Assembly (NCBI GenBank): GCA_043813875.1
Contig: JBDRKP010000027.1
Coordinates: 1-26,295, forward strand
Direction of reading: 5' to 3'
Length of the DNA stretch: 26,295 nucleotides
DNA from: an archaeon
GTDB lineage: Archaea; EX4484-52; B79-G9
Both the position numbers and the translations under genes were made by a program. Positions 8,093 to 16,805 of the stretch are shown here, piece after piece. Positions within the stretch are counted from its first letter, which is position 1; each line of letters begins with the position of its first letter. The notes beneath the pieces were generated by a model. The model saw nothing but the letters and a program-made list of their open reading frames with translations, ran no database searches and was not told the origin of the DNA.

Positions 8093-8911
8093 TTATCCCT
8101 GTGTCCTTTTCAGGTAGGCTTCCCAGGCGATGTCCCTGTAAATTTTCGCTGTAGCTTTCGGGTTCTCTGACTGGTAGAGACCTCTTCCGACTACTATGCA
8201 GTCTGAGCCGGCTTTCACTGCCTCGTCCGGGGTCGTGTATTTCTGGCCGAGCGAGTCTTTTTTTGAGCCGAGCTTTACGCCGGGGGTGAATATGACCTGG
8301 CCATTGTCGGCTATGTCTACCAGTTTCTTAAGCTCTTTGGGGTCGCTGCCTGCGCCGATGTGGCCAGCGATTGAGTCTTTGTTTGCATTGCTCATATCCA
8401 CTGATTTTTTTGTGTAATCGGCGGTCGCAAGAGTGCCGTCTGATGACATCTGCGAAAGTATGAGGATGCCTCTTTCAATTCCGTCTTTTTCTTTCTCTTT
8501 CATGACTTCGCGAAGACCTTCTATCACGCCATGCCCCGGGACTGTGTGGACTGTGACAAGATTTGCCCAGTCTGCTATATTGTAAATCCCTTTTGAGTAC
8601 TGGAGCTTTACTGTGTTTCCTATGTCTGCGAATTTGCGGTCTTCGAAGATCATGAAGTTGTGCTTTTTTGATAGTTCGACCAGCTTTTTAGTGAAATCTG
8701 GTGTGAAATCTGTTACTATGTCTATGTGCATTTTCAGGACAGCGATTTCTGAGCCAAGATCGTTTATAAGTTTCAATAATGTTTCTGTGCTGGTTTCGTC
8801 GGCTGCGAGGCAGAGGTTTGTCTTTTTTGTGGCCATGAGTCCGAAGAGTTTTTTGGCTGCAGGATTTTTTGCGTGTTTCGCTCTCTGTTCATATGTCATT
8901 TTTTTGTCCAT
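8093..8911 (-). CDS. pyrF: Orotidine-5'-phosphate decarboxylase (URA3/UMPS-type)
   Basis: KKTNLCLAAD, KMHIDI, FEDRKFADIGNTVKLQY, TPGV, DSLGQKY, IVVGRG. Confidence 0.96.
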   Translation of the reverse strand: MDKKMTYEQRAKHAKNPAAKKLFGLMATKKTNLCLAADETSTETLLKLINDLGSEIAVLKMHIDIVTDFTPDFTKKLVELSKKHNFMIFEDRKFADIGNTVKLQYSKGIYNIADWANLVTVHTVPGHGVIEGLREVMKEKEKDGIERGILILSQMSSDGTLATADYTKKSVDMSNANKDSIAGHIGAGSDPKELKKLVDIADNGQVIFTPGVKLGSKKDSLGQKYTTPDEAVKAGSDCIVVGRGLYQSENPKATAKIYRDIAWEAYLKRTQG

Positions 8912-8924
8912 CTAATCACCCGGT

Positions 8925-9569
8925 TCATTCGTATCCCATCTTCTTTCCCCAGCCGGCAGGGTCTTTGTTCCATTTTAGGACTTTCTCTTTTGCGTCTTTG
9001 TTCAGGTAATCTTTTTTGCCTGCGACGTCTATCAGTATGCTGAAGCTGCTTAAGGTGTGGAGGGTACAGTCTGCTTCTTCGAATCTGTCTATCGCTTTTT
9101 TCATATCGTATGTGAAGATTGCCATGCAGTCGGTGACTATGCCGCTTGCTTCGCGTACTGCGTTTACTGCGTCTATGGTGCTTCCTCCAGTCGATATGAG
9201 GTCTTCTATCACGAGGACTTTTTTCCATTTTTCGAGACGGCCCTCAATGAGGTTGTGTTTCCCGTGGTCTTTTGCGCTTGATCTGATGTATATCATGGGT
9301 TTCTTCAGCTTTTCTGCGATCCATGCGGCGTGTGGGATTCCGGCTGTCGCGACGCCTGCTACAATGTCGAACTTTAGGTTGTTTTCTTTTATCTTCTGTA
9401 TGAAGAAACTGATTATCTTTTCCCTTTTGGTGACGTCTGAGATCAAGATCCTGTTGTCGCAGTAGATAGGGCTTAGGATGCCGGATGCGTAGCGGTAGGG
9501 CTTTTCAGAGTCCAAGGTCACTGCCTTGATTTCTAAGAGGATTTTTGCTGTGTCTTCTGCTATTGTCAT
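8925..9569 (-). CDS. pyrE: Orotate phosphoribosyltransferase
   Basis: ASGILSPIYCDNR, GVATAGIPHA, KDHG, VIEDLISTGGS PRPP motif; AGGTG RBS before ATG 9569. Confidence 0.97.
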   Translation of the reverse strand: MTIAEDTAKILLEIKAVTLDSEKPYRYASGILSPIYCDNRILISDVTKREKIISFFIQKIKENNLKFDIVAGVATAGIPHAAWIAEKLKKPMIYIRSSAKDHGKHNLIEGRLEKWKKVLVIEDLISTGGSTIDAVNAVREASGIVTDCMAIFTYDMKKAIDRFEEADCTLHTLSSFSILIDVAGKKDYLNKDAKEKVLKWNKDPAGWGKKMGYE

Positions 9570-9593
9570 CTTTTGCACCTTTATTTCTATTTT

Positions 9594-10484
9594 TTAGCAC
9601 ATGTCTTTCCATTCTACTATTGTGCCGCTCTTGTTTCTTGTCGTGCTGCCGAAGCCAACGATGTTTTTTAATACGTCTGTACTGAATACAGGGCCGTCTT
9701 TGCATACGCAAAGGCCGGACGGGTCGAGCGCGCACTGGCCGCAGACGCCGAAGCCGCATTTCATCCAGTGCTCTAATGATGCCTGTACTTCTACTCCGTA
9801 CTTCAGGCCGAGCTTCAGGACAAAGGACATCATTATCTCGGGGCCGCAGGTGTAGATTGCGTCGTATTTTATGGTTTTCAGTTTTTCTTCCAATGCTACG
9901 GTGACGAAGCCTTTTGTTCCTTCTGTGCCGTCGTCTGTCGTTATTGTTACGTGTGCGCCTGACTTCCTGAACCTGTCTGTGAAGAGGAGGTTCTTTTTTG
10001 TGTCTGCGCCTATGATGGCGTCTACTTTGGTCTTATTCTTTACTGCTTCTTCTAATAGAAGAGCTAGGGGCAGTGTTCCGCATCCTCCGCCTACAAGGAT
10101 TATTCTCTTTTTGTTTTTCAGGTCGAAGGTGCCGTTCCCGTACGGGCCGCGGATGCCTAATATGTCGCCTTTTTTCATTCTGTGCATGGCTTCTGTCGCT
10201 TTGCCAACTTTTCTTACACTTATCGCCATGCGCATTCCGTTCTGTGTCACAGTGAAGGGCTTCTCGTCGATGCGCGGGACCCAGACCATCACGAACTGGC
10301 CTGGTTTGGCTTTCATCTCTTTCTCAAGTATGAATGTCTTAGTGTTGTGGGACTCTTCGATTATGTCCAGTATCTTCACGCCTATGGGGTAATCTGTCAA
10401 CCGTCTAAAAGGTTGATCATTAAGTGTGTTTCGCTTTCGCTCAAGCGCACATTTGTGATCTCGTTTCTTGTTGTCTTTATTCAT
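9594..10484 (-). CDS. pyrK: Dihydroorotate dehydrogenase electron transfer subunit
   Basis: PGQFVMVW, EKPF, RGPYGNG, GGGCG, TDDG, CGPEIMM, MKCGFGVCGQC...VCKDGPVF [2Fe-2S] motif; start either ATG 10484 (RBS-like GGTG, overlaps pyrD stop) or TTG 10400. Confidence 0.93.
   Translation of the reverse strand: MNKDNKKRDHKCALERKRNTLNDQPFRRLTDYPIGVKILDIIEESHNTKTFILEKEMKAKPGQFVMVWVPRIDEKPFTVTQNGMRMAISVRKVGKATEAMHRMKKGDILGIRGPYGNGTFDLKNKKRIILVGGGCGTLPLALLLEEAVKNKTKVDAIIGADTKKNLLFTDRFRKSGAHVTITTDDGTEGTKGFVTVALEEKLKTIKYDAIYTCGPEIMMSFVLKLGLKYGVEVQASLEHWMKCGFGVCGQCALDPSGLCVCKDGPVFSTDVLKNIVGFGSTTRNKSGTIVEWKDMC
10415..10460. repeat. Imperfect palindrome (REP-like) at the pyrD/pyrK junction
   Basis: GATCA/TGATC outer arms, GTGTGTTT/AAGCGCAC inner stem, loop CGCTTTCGCTC. 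Confidence 0.5.
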
Positions 10485-11382
10485 GTGCGGCACCTGTTAA
10501 TTCTTTTACGCTGGTGTAGCCGTTCTTTTTCATCCGGCTTTCCATGTCTTTTGCTATCTTGTTGAAGACTTCTATGCCATCGTAGTAGACTGCTGAGCCG
10601 ATGCCTACTAAAGATGCGCCCGCCATCATCATCTCTATGGCGTCCCTGCCGGTTGTTATTCCACCGATGCCGATTATCGGTATCTTTACTGTATCGTATA
10701 TGTCATAGACGCAGCGGACCGCAAGCGGCCTTATGGCAGGGCCGCTCATGCCGCCAGTCCTGAATTGGAGAATCGGTTTTTTTGATGCGATGTCTATCAG
10801 CATGCCGGGGCCTGCTGTGTTGATTGCCGAGATGCCGTCTGCGCCTGCATCTTCTGCTGCTTTTGCGATCACTTTTATGTCCGGGACGTTCGGTGATAGC
10901 TTGACTATTACTGGTATTTTTACTGCTCTTTTTGCTGCCTTTATCAGTTCTTTCAGGAGTTCGGGGTCTGATGCGTATGGTTTTGCGTGGACTATGTTCG
11001 GGCATGAAGGGTTGAGCTCTATTATATCTACTCCTGCGCTCTCTCCTTTTTTTGCTACGGCTGCCATGTCTTGTGGGCTGTCGCCGATCGTGTTCAGGAT
11101 TACGGGGATGTTTTTTTGCTTGACTTTCCTTATCTCTTCTGTGAAGGCGTCGATTCCGGGATTCGATAGGCCGACTGCGTTTATGAGGCCTGCCTCGTAT
11201 GCGAGGATAGTCGGGTTGTTGTGGCCGGTCTTTGCTTGTGGGCTGATTGATTTTGTGGTTACTGCGCCTGCGCCGCAGTTGTATGCGCGGATCATGGTAG
11301 AATGAGATACACCCTGGATTCCTGCGGAGAGGACGAGCGGGTTCTTGAAATCTATTCCGAAGACGGATGTTTTTAGAGACAT
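10477..11382 (-). CDS. pyrD: Dihydroorotate dehydrogenase family 1B catalytic subunit
   Basis: NPLVLSAG, GAVTTKS, INAVGLSNPG, ELNPSCPN, VKLSPNV, GGMSGPAIRP, IIGIGGI. Confidence 0.97.
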   Translation of the reverse strand: MSLKTSVFGIDFKNPLVLSAGIQGVSHSTMIRAYNCGAGAVTTKSISPQAKTGHNNPTILAYEAGLINAVGLSNPGIDAFTEEIRKVKQKNIPVILNTIGDSPQDMAAVAKKGESAGVDIIELNPSCPNIVHAKPYASDPELLKELIKAAKRAVKIPVIVKLSPNVPDIKVIAKAAEDAGADGISAINTAGPGMLIDIASKKPILQFRTGGMSGPAIRPLAVRCVYDIYDTVKIPIIGIGGITTGRDAIEMMMAGASLVGIGSAVYYDGIEVFNKIAKDMESRMKKNGYTSVKELTGAAHE

Positions 11383-11498
11383 GTCAATGCACCTTGTAGT
11401 TTGTTATATTGGGGCTATTAATTTATATATGTCTTTTCATGGGTGAAAAATTATTTGCTGTCCAAACTAATATAAACAACGATTAGGTATATGTTCTT

Positions 11499-12152
11499 AT
11501 GACTATCTATCTTGTGGGGACTTCGCATATCGCTGGCGAGAGCCTCAGGAAAGTGAAGGAGACGATCGTCGAGAAGAATCCACAGTGCGTAGCTGTCGAG
11601 CTTGATATGAACCGGTATCTTGCGCTCAAGACGAGGGAGAAGGGGGATGTGAAACTTCCTATCTTACAGAAGGCGATATTTATGCTTCTCCGCTATATGC
11701 AGGAGCAGCTTTCGAGGGAGACCAATATACTGCCTGGGCAGGAGATGCTCCAAGCGTGCGAGAGCGCGGCCAATGTCGGGGCTAAGGTCGCTTTTATCGA
11801 CCAGGATATCAACGTGACCATGAGGCGGCTCATGAAGAGGCTCGGGGTTTTTGGGCAGTTGAAGCTGCTTTTTTATATGGTTGTCGGACTTGTCGGGATT
11901 CCGATCAAGGGGCTTTCAATGTCGAAGGAGCTTGATCTTAACAAGGTGCCTGAGGATGAGTTCATCGAGTATGCGATGGGGGAGCTTAAGAAGCATTTTC
12001 CTGCAATCTATGAGGTGCTTGTCGAGGAGAGGAATGTGGTTATGGCTCGTAATCTGAAGAAGCTTGGCGAGGAGTTCGATGATATCGTGGCTGTCATGGG
12101 CGCAGGGCATGTGAAGGGTGTCGGCGAACTGCTTGGAAGCGATAAAGATTAA
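11499..12152 (+). CDS. TraB/PrgY/GumN family protein
   Basis: LVGTSHI, VAVELDMNRY, PGQEM, IDQDI, LVEERNVVMA, VAVMGAGHVKG. Confidence 0.9.
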   Translation: MTIYLVGTSHIAGESLRKVKETIVEKNPQCVAVELDMNRYLALKTREKGDVKLPILQKAIFMLLRYMQEQLSRETNILPGQEMLQACESAANVGAKVAFIDQDINVTMRRLMKRLGVFGQLKLLFYMVVGLVGIPIKGLSMSKELDLNKVPEDEFIEYAMGELKKHFPAIYEVLVEERNVVMARNLKKLGEEFDDIVAVMGAGHVKGVGELLGSDKD

Positions 12153-12176
12153 AGTGTTTTTGTCTAATTGAGGCTT

Positions 12177-13103
12177 ATGTTATCTTTTGATGAGATTGTC
12201 GAGAAAATAGTGAAGAATTCAAAGCTTACCAAGAAGGAGATCAATAAGCTGGTCGATGCGAAGGTCGAGGAACTTGGTGGCATGGTGTCGAAGACCGGTG
12301 CGGCTCTTGTGGTTGCGCGGGAGCATAATGTCGATATGGAGATGAAGGCGCCGCCAAAGGAGCTGAAGATCAATGAGCTTGAGCCGCAGATGGGCGGGGT
12401 GTCTTTTTTTGCGAAGGTGCTTGCGAAATATCCTGTGAATGAGTTCAGGAACGCAAAGGGTGATGGCAAGGTGCAGAATGTTCTTCTCGGTGATGATACG
12501 GGACGGATACGGATGTCGTTCTGGAATGATGAGGTTTTGAAGGTCGAGGGGCTGAAGGATGGCGATGTCATACTTGTCGAGAATCCGTGGGTTGTGAGCG
12601 ATAACCGGGGGAATCCGGAAATCAGGCTTGGGAGGGGCGGAAGTTTCAAGAAGTCCGATAAGAAGATTGAGGCTGATGCCAAGAAGGCGACGCTTGAGGG
12701 CATCAAGGACGGCGATATGGTCTCCTTTGCCGGGACTGTTGTCGAGGTGTTTGAGCGGGCGCTTGTTTATAGTTTCTGCCCTGAATGCCGTGAGAGGCTA
12801 TATGGTTCTGAGTGCAGCACGCACGGGACGGTTGCGCCTGATGAGATGCTGATTGTCTCGTGCGTGATAGATGACGGGACGCGGTCTATCAATGCCGTGT
12901 TTTTCAGGGAGGTTGCCGAGAAGCTTCTTTCTAAGAGCGTGAAGGCGATCAAGGAGGAGCTTTCAGACGGTAAGGAGACGAGTTCTGTCACAGGGCATAT
13001 CGTGTCGAAGAGGTTCAAGGTCGACGGCAGGGTAAAGATGAGCAAGTTCTCAGGGGAGCTTGAGATTGTGGCTAATGATGTTGGTGTTCTCGAAGCGGAG
13101 TAG
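12177..13103 (+). CDS. Replication protein A-like OB-fold ssDNA-binding protein with zinc finger
   Basis: GDDTGRIRMSFWND OB fold, CPEC..C..H zinc finger, IDDGTRSINAVFF second OB fold. Confidence 0.88.
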   Translation: MLSFDEIVEKIVKNSKLTKKEINKLVDAKVEELGGMVSKTGAALVVAREHNVDMEMKAPPKELKINELEPQMGGVSFFAKVLAKYPVNEFRNAKGDGKVQNVLLGDDTGRIRMSFWNDEVLKVEGLKDGDVILVENPWVVSDNRGNPEIRLGRGGSFKKSDKKIEADAKKATLEGIKDGDMVSFAGTVVEVFERALVYSFCPECRERLYGSECSTHGTVAPDEMLIVSCVIDDGTRSINAVFFREVAEKLLSKSVKAIKEELSDGKETSSVTGHIVSKRFKVDGRVKMSKFSGELEIVANDVGVLEAE

Positions 13104-13190
13104 TTTGTTTTTGGTTTTAATACAAATATTTTATGTCAGATTTCTTTTAGGAGAATGACTTTTTATTAATTGGATGCCAATTTCTAGAGT

Positions 13191-13766
13191 ATGTCTGAGA
13201 TGATCACTTTTACGTTTTTGCGAGAGATACAGAAGAAGGAGAGGACGTCTTCGGAGCTTTCAAAGCTTGATCCGGGGTTCTATGAGGCGGTGAAGGAGTA
13301 TATCCTGCGCAAGAAGAGGATCAGGGAGCGGGGCAAGGAACTTAGTTTCAAGGAGAAGAAGGAGATTGAGAATATCGGGCCTGTCGTGAAGTCGATTTAT
13401 GATACGCGCGAAAGGAAGATTGTCAATGGGGCGCTTCTGGCTGCAAGAACCGGCATGAAGATGGCGAATATACTTGTGCATGAGGAGAAACTGCTCGCGG
13501 ATATCTGCAAGAGGATAGAGGAGTCGCGCGCCGGGTTTGAGTATGTCCTTGGCTCAAAACCGGAATATGTTCCTGTGGGTGATAAGGCTGGTGATAAAGA
13601 GCCAGTTGATGATATGGTCAGGATCAAGGTGATTGAGGATATCCCGGAGTTTGTCGGTGAGGATCTTAAGGCTTATGGGCCGTGGAAGGCAGGCGAGACT
13701 GTCATGTGCAACCGGGATTTCTCTGTCGTGTTTATAAAGGGCGGAAAAGCGGAGGAAGTCAGGTAA
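13191..13766 (+). CDS. GINS complex subunit (Gins15/Gins51-type)
   Basis: LSKLDPGFY, IYDTRERKIV, C-terminal EDIPEFVGEDLKAYGPW B-domain; position upstream of rpl44e. Confidence 0.85.
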   Translation: MSEMITFTFLREIQKKERTSSELSKLDPGFYEAVKEYILRKKRIRERGKELSFKEKKEIENIGPVVKSIYDTRERKIVNGALLAARTGMKMANILVHEEKLLADICKRIEESRAGFEYVLGSKPEYVPVGDKAGDKEPVDDMVRIKVIEDIPEFVGEDLKAYGPWKAGETVMCNRDFSVVFIKGGKAEEVR

Positions 13767-13879
13767 TTTTTTTTTGTGAACTGCCATTAAATTTATAAAA
13801 GTAAGCATTACATATAATGTATTCTGAATTGATATTGGAACATTGGGATTATCAATTTCTAAATTTGCTGGTGATTAAT

Positions 13880-14185
13880 ATTAAAGTACCAAAAGAAACA
13901 ATGAGACATTGTCCGTCTTGCAGGAAGCATACGCCCCAGACTGTCGAGCAGGTGAAGACCGCAGGCAGAAGGTCGGGGAGCGCGCTCAAGAAGGGCACGA
14001 GAAGAAAGATAGGTAATCTGCATTATGGGTATGGGGGTTCTCCTTATCCTATGATTGAGCATGGATCCAAGTTCGGGGCAAAAACGTCGCATAAGGTTAT
14101 GCTTCGATATAAGTGCAAAGAGTGCGGCAAGAAGAATCAGGCACGGACTGCTCTTCGTGCAAAGAAGTTCGAGATTTTAAAATAA
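13880..14185 (+). CDS. rpl44e: 50S ribosomal protein L44e (eL42)
   Basis: KVPK..HCPSCRKHT, GYGG, YKCKECGK; probable start ATT 13880, 5 nt after GGTGA (alternative GTG 13871). Confidence 0.93.
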   Translation: MKVPKETMRHCPSCRKHTPQTVEQVKTAGRRSGSALKKGTRRKIGNLHYGYGGSPYPMIEHGSKFGAKTSHKVMLRYKCKECGKKNQARTALRAKKFEILK

Positions 14186-14198
14186 GCGGGTGAGCGAT

Positions 14199-14366
14199 AT
14201 TACTGGAAAATTTTTGAAGGTCAAGTGTAATAAATGTAATAACGAGCAGAATATTTACAGTAAAGCGGCAACTGAAGTGAAGTGCCTTGTATGCAAGGAA
14301 ACTATTGGTAAGAATACAGGCGGCAGAACGGACGTTGTGACAAAGGTCTTGAATGTTCAGAATTAG
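14199..14366 (+). CDS. rps27e: 30S ribosomal protein S27e (not in ORF track)
   Basis: Manual translation: (M)TGKFLKVKCNKCNNEQNIYSKAATEVKCLVCKETIGKNTGGRTDVVTKVLNVQN; probable start ATT 14199 (alternative GTG 14190). Confidence 0.95.
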   Translation: MTGKFLKVKCNKCNNEQNIYSKAATEVKCLVCKETIGKNTGGRTDVVTKVLNVQN

Positions 14367-14470
14367 TTCTGTATTTTTATGAACTCGGGTAAATTTATAA
14401 TATTTACTTTCTTATTGCATAGTATGAGTTCATGCAGATGAGATATTTTGTTCATCTTGTGGTGTGATAG

Positions 14471-15244
14471 ATGTATAACTATAAGGATTTCCCGGAAGTT
14501 GACGAGTATGTCATTGTCACTATCACGAATATCAATCCTAATAGCGCTTTCGCGAAGCTTGATGAGTATCAGAATAAGGTCGGTATGATCCATATTTCTG
14601 AGGTTGCGAGCACCTGGATACGGGATATAAGGAAGTATCTTTCTGTCGGCAACAAGAAGGTCGCCAAGGTCCTTTCGGTCGACAGGGCGAAGGGATATAT
14701 CAATCTGTCTATAAAAAGGGTCAAGCCGACTGTTGAGCGCGATAAGAAGACTGAGTGGAAGAATGAGAAGAAGGCGGAGAACCTTTTTTCGATGGTCGCA
14801 AAGAATATGGAGCTTAAGCTTGATGATGCTTATGCGAAGACCGGTTTTGAGCTTCAGAAGAAGTACGGGTTGTTGTATGGTGTTTTTGAGTTGGCTGCTA
14901 CTGAAGGCGCGTCCGCTCTTATCAAGGATGGTGTCGATGAGGCATGGGCAAAGGCGCTGGAGGATGTCGCGAAGAAGAACCTGAAGCCAAAAGAGGTTAC
15001 TGTGACCGGTATTCTTGAAATAATATCCTATAAGTCTGATGGTATCGAGGTCATAAAGAACGGGATTGCACAGCTAGATGATGAGCATGTCAAGGTTGTG
15101 TATCTGAATGCACCGAAGTATCAGATAAAGGCTACAGCACGTGATTATATTGAATGCGAGAGGATATTGAAGGAAGGCACCGGAAAGATTATCGAATATA
15201 TCACTAGGAATGGCGGAGAGGCCGTGCTTAAGAGGGAGAAGTAG
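14471..15244 (+). CDS. eif2a: Translation initiation factor aIF2 subunit alpha
   Basis: S1 domain (LDEY...GMIHISEVASTWIRDI, KGYINLSIKRV), APKY; conserved gene context. Confidence 0.96.
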   Translation: MYNYKDFPEVDEYVIVTITNINPNSAFAKLDEYQNKVGMIHISEVASTWIRDIRKYLSVGNKKVAKVLSVDRAKGYINLSIKRVKPTVERDKKTEWKNEKKAENLFSMVAKNMELKLDDAYAKTGFELQKKYGLLYGVFELAATEGASALIKDGVDEAWAKALEDVAKKNLKPKEVTVTGILEIISYKSDGIEVIKNGIAQLDDEHVKVVYLNAPKYQIKATARDYIECERILKEGTGKIIEYITRNGGEAVLKREK

Positions 15245-15257
15245 CCGGGTGAGTGAA

Positions 15258-15443
15258 ATCGTAGCGCATATCATGTTTTGTCCGAAGTGCATCCGATATA
15301 CATTAAAAGAAAAATGCCCTCAATGTATGACGATGACTTATGATCGCAAACCGGTGAAATTTTCGCCTGAGGATCGGTATGGCAAGTATCGAAGGATGGC
15401 TAGGATAGAAATGTTTGCTAAGAGCGAGAGTGGAGGAGAATGA
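15258..15443 (+). CDS. nop10: H/ACA RNP protein Nop10
   Basis: CPKCIRYTLKEKCPQC...PVKFSPEDRYGKYRR; start uncertain (ATC 15258 after GGTGA, GTG 15249 or ATG 15273). Confidence 0.92.
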   Translation: MVAHIMFCPKCIRYTLKEKCPQCMTMTYDRKPVKFSPEDRYGKYRRMARIEMFAKSESGGE

Positions 15444-15444
15444 A

Positions 15445-16230
15445 ATGGTTAAAGAGACTGTGGTTACTTTTTTGAGCAAGCCAAAATTGAATAATCCTGT
15501 ATTTATTGAAGGGCTTCCAGGTATCGGTTATATTGGCCGTAATGCGGCCGGTTATCTTGTGGATGAAGTTGGTGCTGTTAAATTTGCTGAGCTTTTATCT
15601 CCGCATCTGCCTCCTGTCGTGCTTATGGATCCGAAAAAGAACGGGATGATTGTAGGGCTTAAGAATGATTTCTATTATTATAAGGCCAAGTCCAAAACTG
15701 AGAGGGATTTGATCATATTGATCGGTGACTCGCAGAGCATGGATCCGAAGGGTCATTATGTGATTGTATCTGCTATTCTTGATACTCTGGAGATGTTCAA
15801 TGTCAAGGAAATGGTTACAATCGGTGGGTTTGGTACCGGTGAATTGAGCGAAGGGACCTCTAAGGTGTTTGGGGCTGCTATTTTGCCTGAAAAGATTGAG
15901 GCTTTCGAGAAGCTGAATGTCCAGTTCAAGGATACGAATATCGGGCAGATCATCGGTGCATCGGGTCTTCTTATCAGTCTTGGGCATCGGCGTGGCATCG
16001 AGGGGGTATGCCTCATGGGTGAGACGTCTGGGCTTTTGCTTTCTGATCCAAAATCAACTGAGGCTGTTCTTGAGGTATTAGCAAAGTATTTAAATATTAA
16101 GCTTGATATGACTCAGATTGAGAAAAGAGTGAAGGAAATCGAGAAGATGATTGAGAAGATTGAGAATCTCCAGACCAAGCTTGCGACGCATACGAAGGAT
16201 CATGATGATTCATTAGGTTATATAGGGTGA
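15445..16230 (+). CDS. Proteasome assembly chaperone (PAC2 family)
   Basis: [37 protein letters not shown]-terminal YIG; GGAGG RBS. Confidence 0.92.
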   Translation: MVKETVVTFLSKPKLNNPVFIEGLPGIGYIGRNAAGYLVDEVGAVKFAELLSPHLPPVVLMDPKKNGMIVGLKNDFYYYKAKSKTERDLIILIGDSQSMDPKGHYVIVSAILDTLEMFNVKEMVTIGGFGTGELSEGTSKVFGAAILPEKIEAFEKLNVQFKDTNIGQIIGASGLLISLGHRRGIEGVCLMGETSGLLLSDPKSTEAVLEVLAKYLNIKLDMTQIEKRVKEIEKMIEKIENLQTKLATHTKDHDDSLGYIG

Positions 16231-16287
16231 TTTTTTGGAAGAATATACAAGATATGAAAGATCAAGGATTATCGGCGCCAGGGCACT

Positions 16288-16434
16288 TCAGATTTCGATG
16301 GGAGCGCCACCGTTGATCAAGACGAAGGATACTAATCCAATCAATGTTGCGAAGGCTGAATACCTGAAGGATATAATTCCTATTACTGTTGTCCGTGAAT
16401 AGCGGTATGTGGATTCCTCGGGGTATTTTTGCAT
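16288..16434 (-). CDS. Possible small membrane peptide (48 aa)
   Basis: ATG-started ORF with hydrophobic C-terminal half in an otherwise empty gap; no recognisable motif. Confidence 0.3.
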   Translation of the reverse strand: MQKYPEESTYRYSRTTVIGIISFRYSAFATLIGLVSFVLINGGAPIEI

Positions 16435-16596
16435 AGTCTTTGCTGGGTTGAGTGTATTCTTTTTCTTTTTTATTGTGTCCTGATTGTTTTTCCTGTATTT
16501 TTTCACTTGTTGGTAGTTTGAGTAGATTTATATATGGCTTTATACAAAAAGTAGTATTGGCAGTTTTATGCTATTTATGTTGGGAGGTAAGACCAT

Positions 16597-16782
16597 ATGA
16601 CGAAGTTGGAGAGTTTGAAGCGGGTTGTGAGTGGTTCCGGCATGGGAAACTATTCCGATGAGCATAACACATTCGTCGAAAACGGCATTGAATTTGGTTT
16701 TGGACTAGTTTTGGGTGTGAGTTCTGCTGTGACATTGATTTTGCTTATGTTTTTTGTTATCAAGACGATGTTTATAGGATAA
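16597..16782 (+). CDS. Small single-TM membrane protein
   Basis: GGAGGT RBS; GIEFGFGLVLG...hydrophobic helix; directly upstream of the pilin. Confidence 0.65.
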   Translation: MTKLESLKRVVSGSGMGNYSDEHNTFVENGIEFGFGLVLGVSSAVTLILLMFFVIKTMFIG

Positions 16783-16805
16783 AAGAAATAATTAAAGGTG
16801 AGATT

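Noticed and set aside
13817..13879. ORF-track N-terminal extension of L44e from ATG 13817
   Set aside because: Adds 21 residues unlike L44e and bypasses the GGTGA RBS; a leaderless start here cannot be fully excluded.
16260..16318. GATCAA/TTGATC and GGCGC/GCGCC stems around CTTCAGA, resembling a tRNA-Sec anticodon loop
   Set aside because: The bases flanking CTTCAGA do not pair and there is no T arm; short stems like these can arise by chance.
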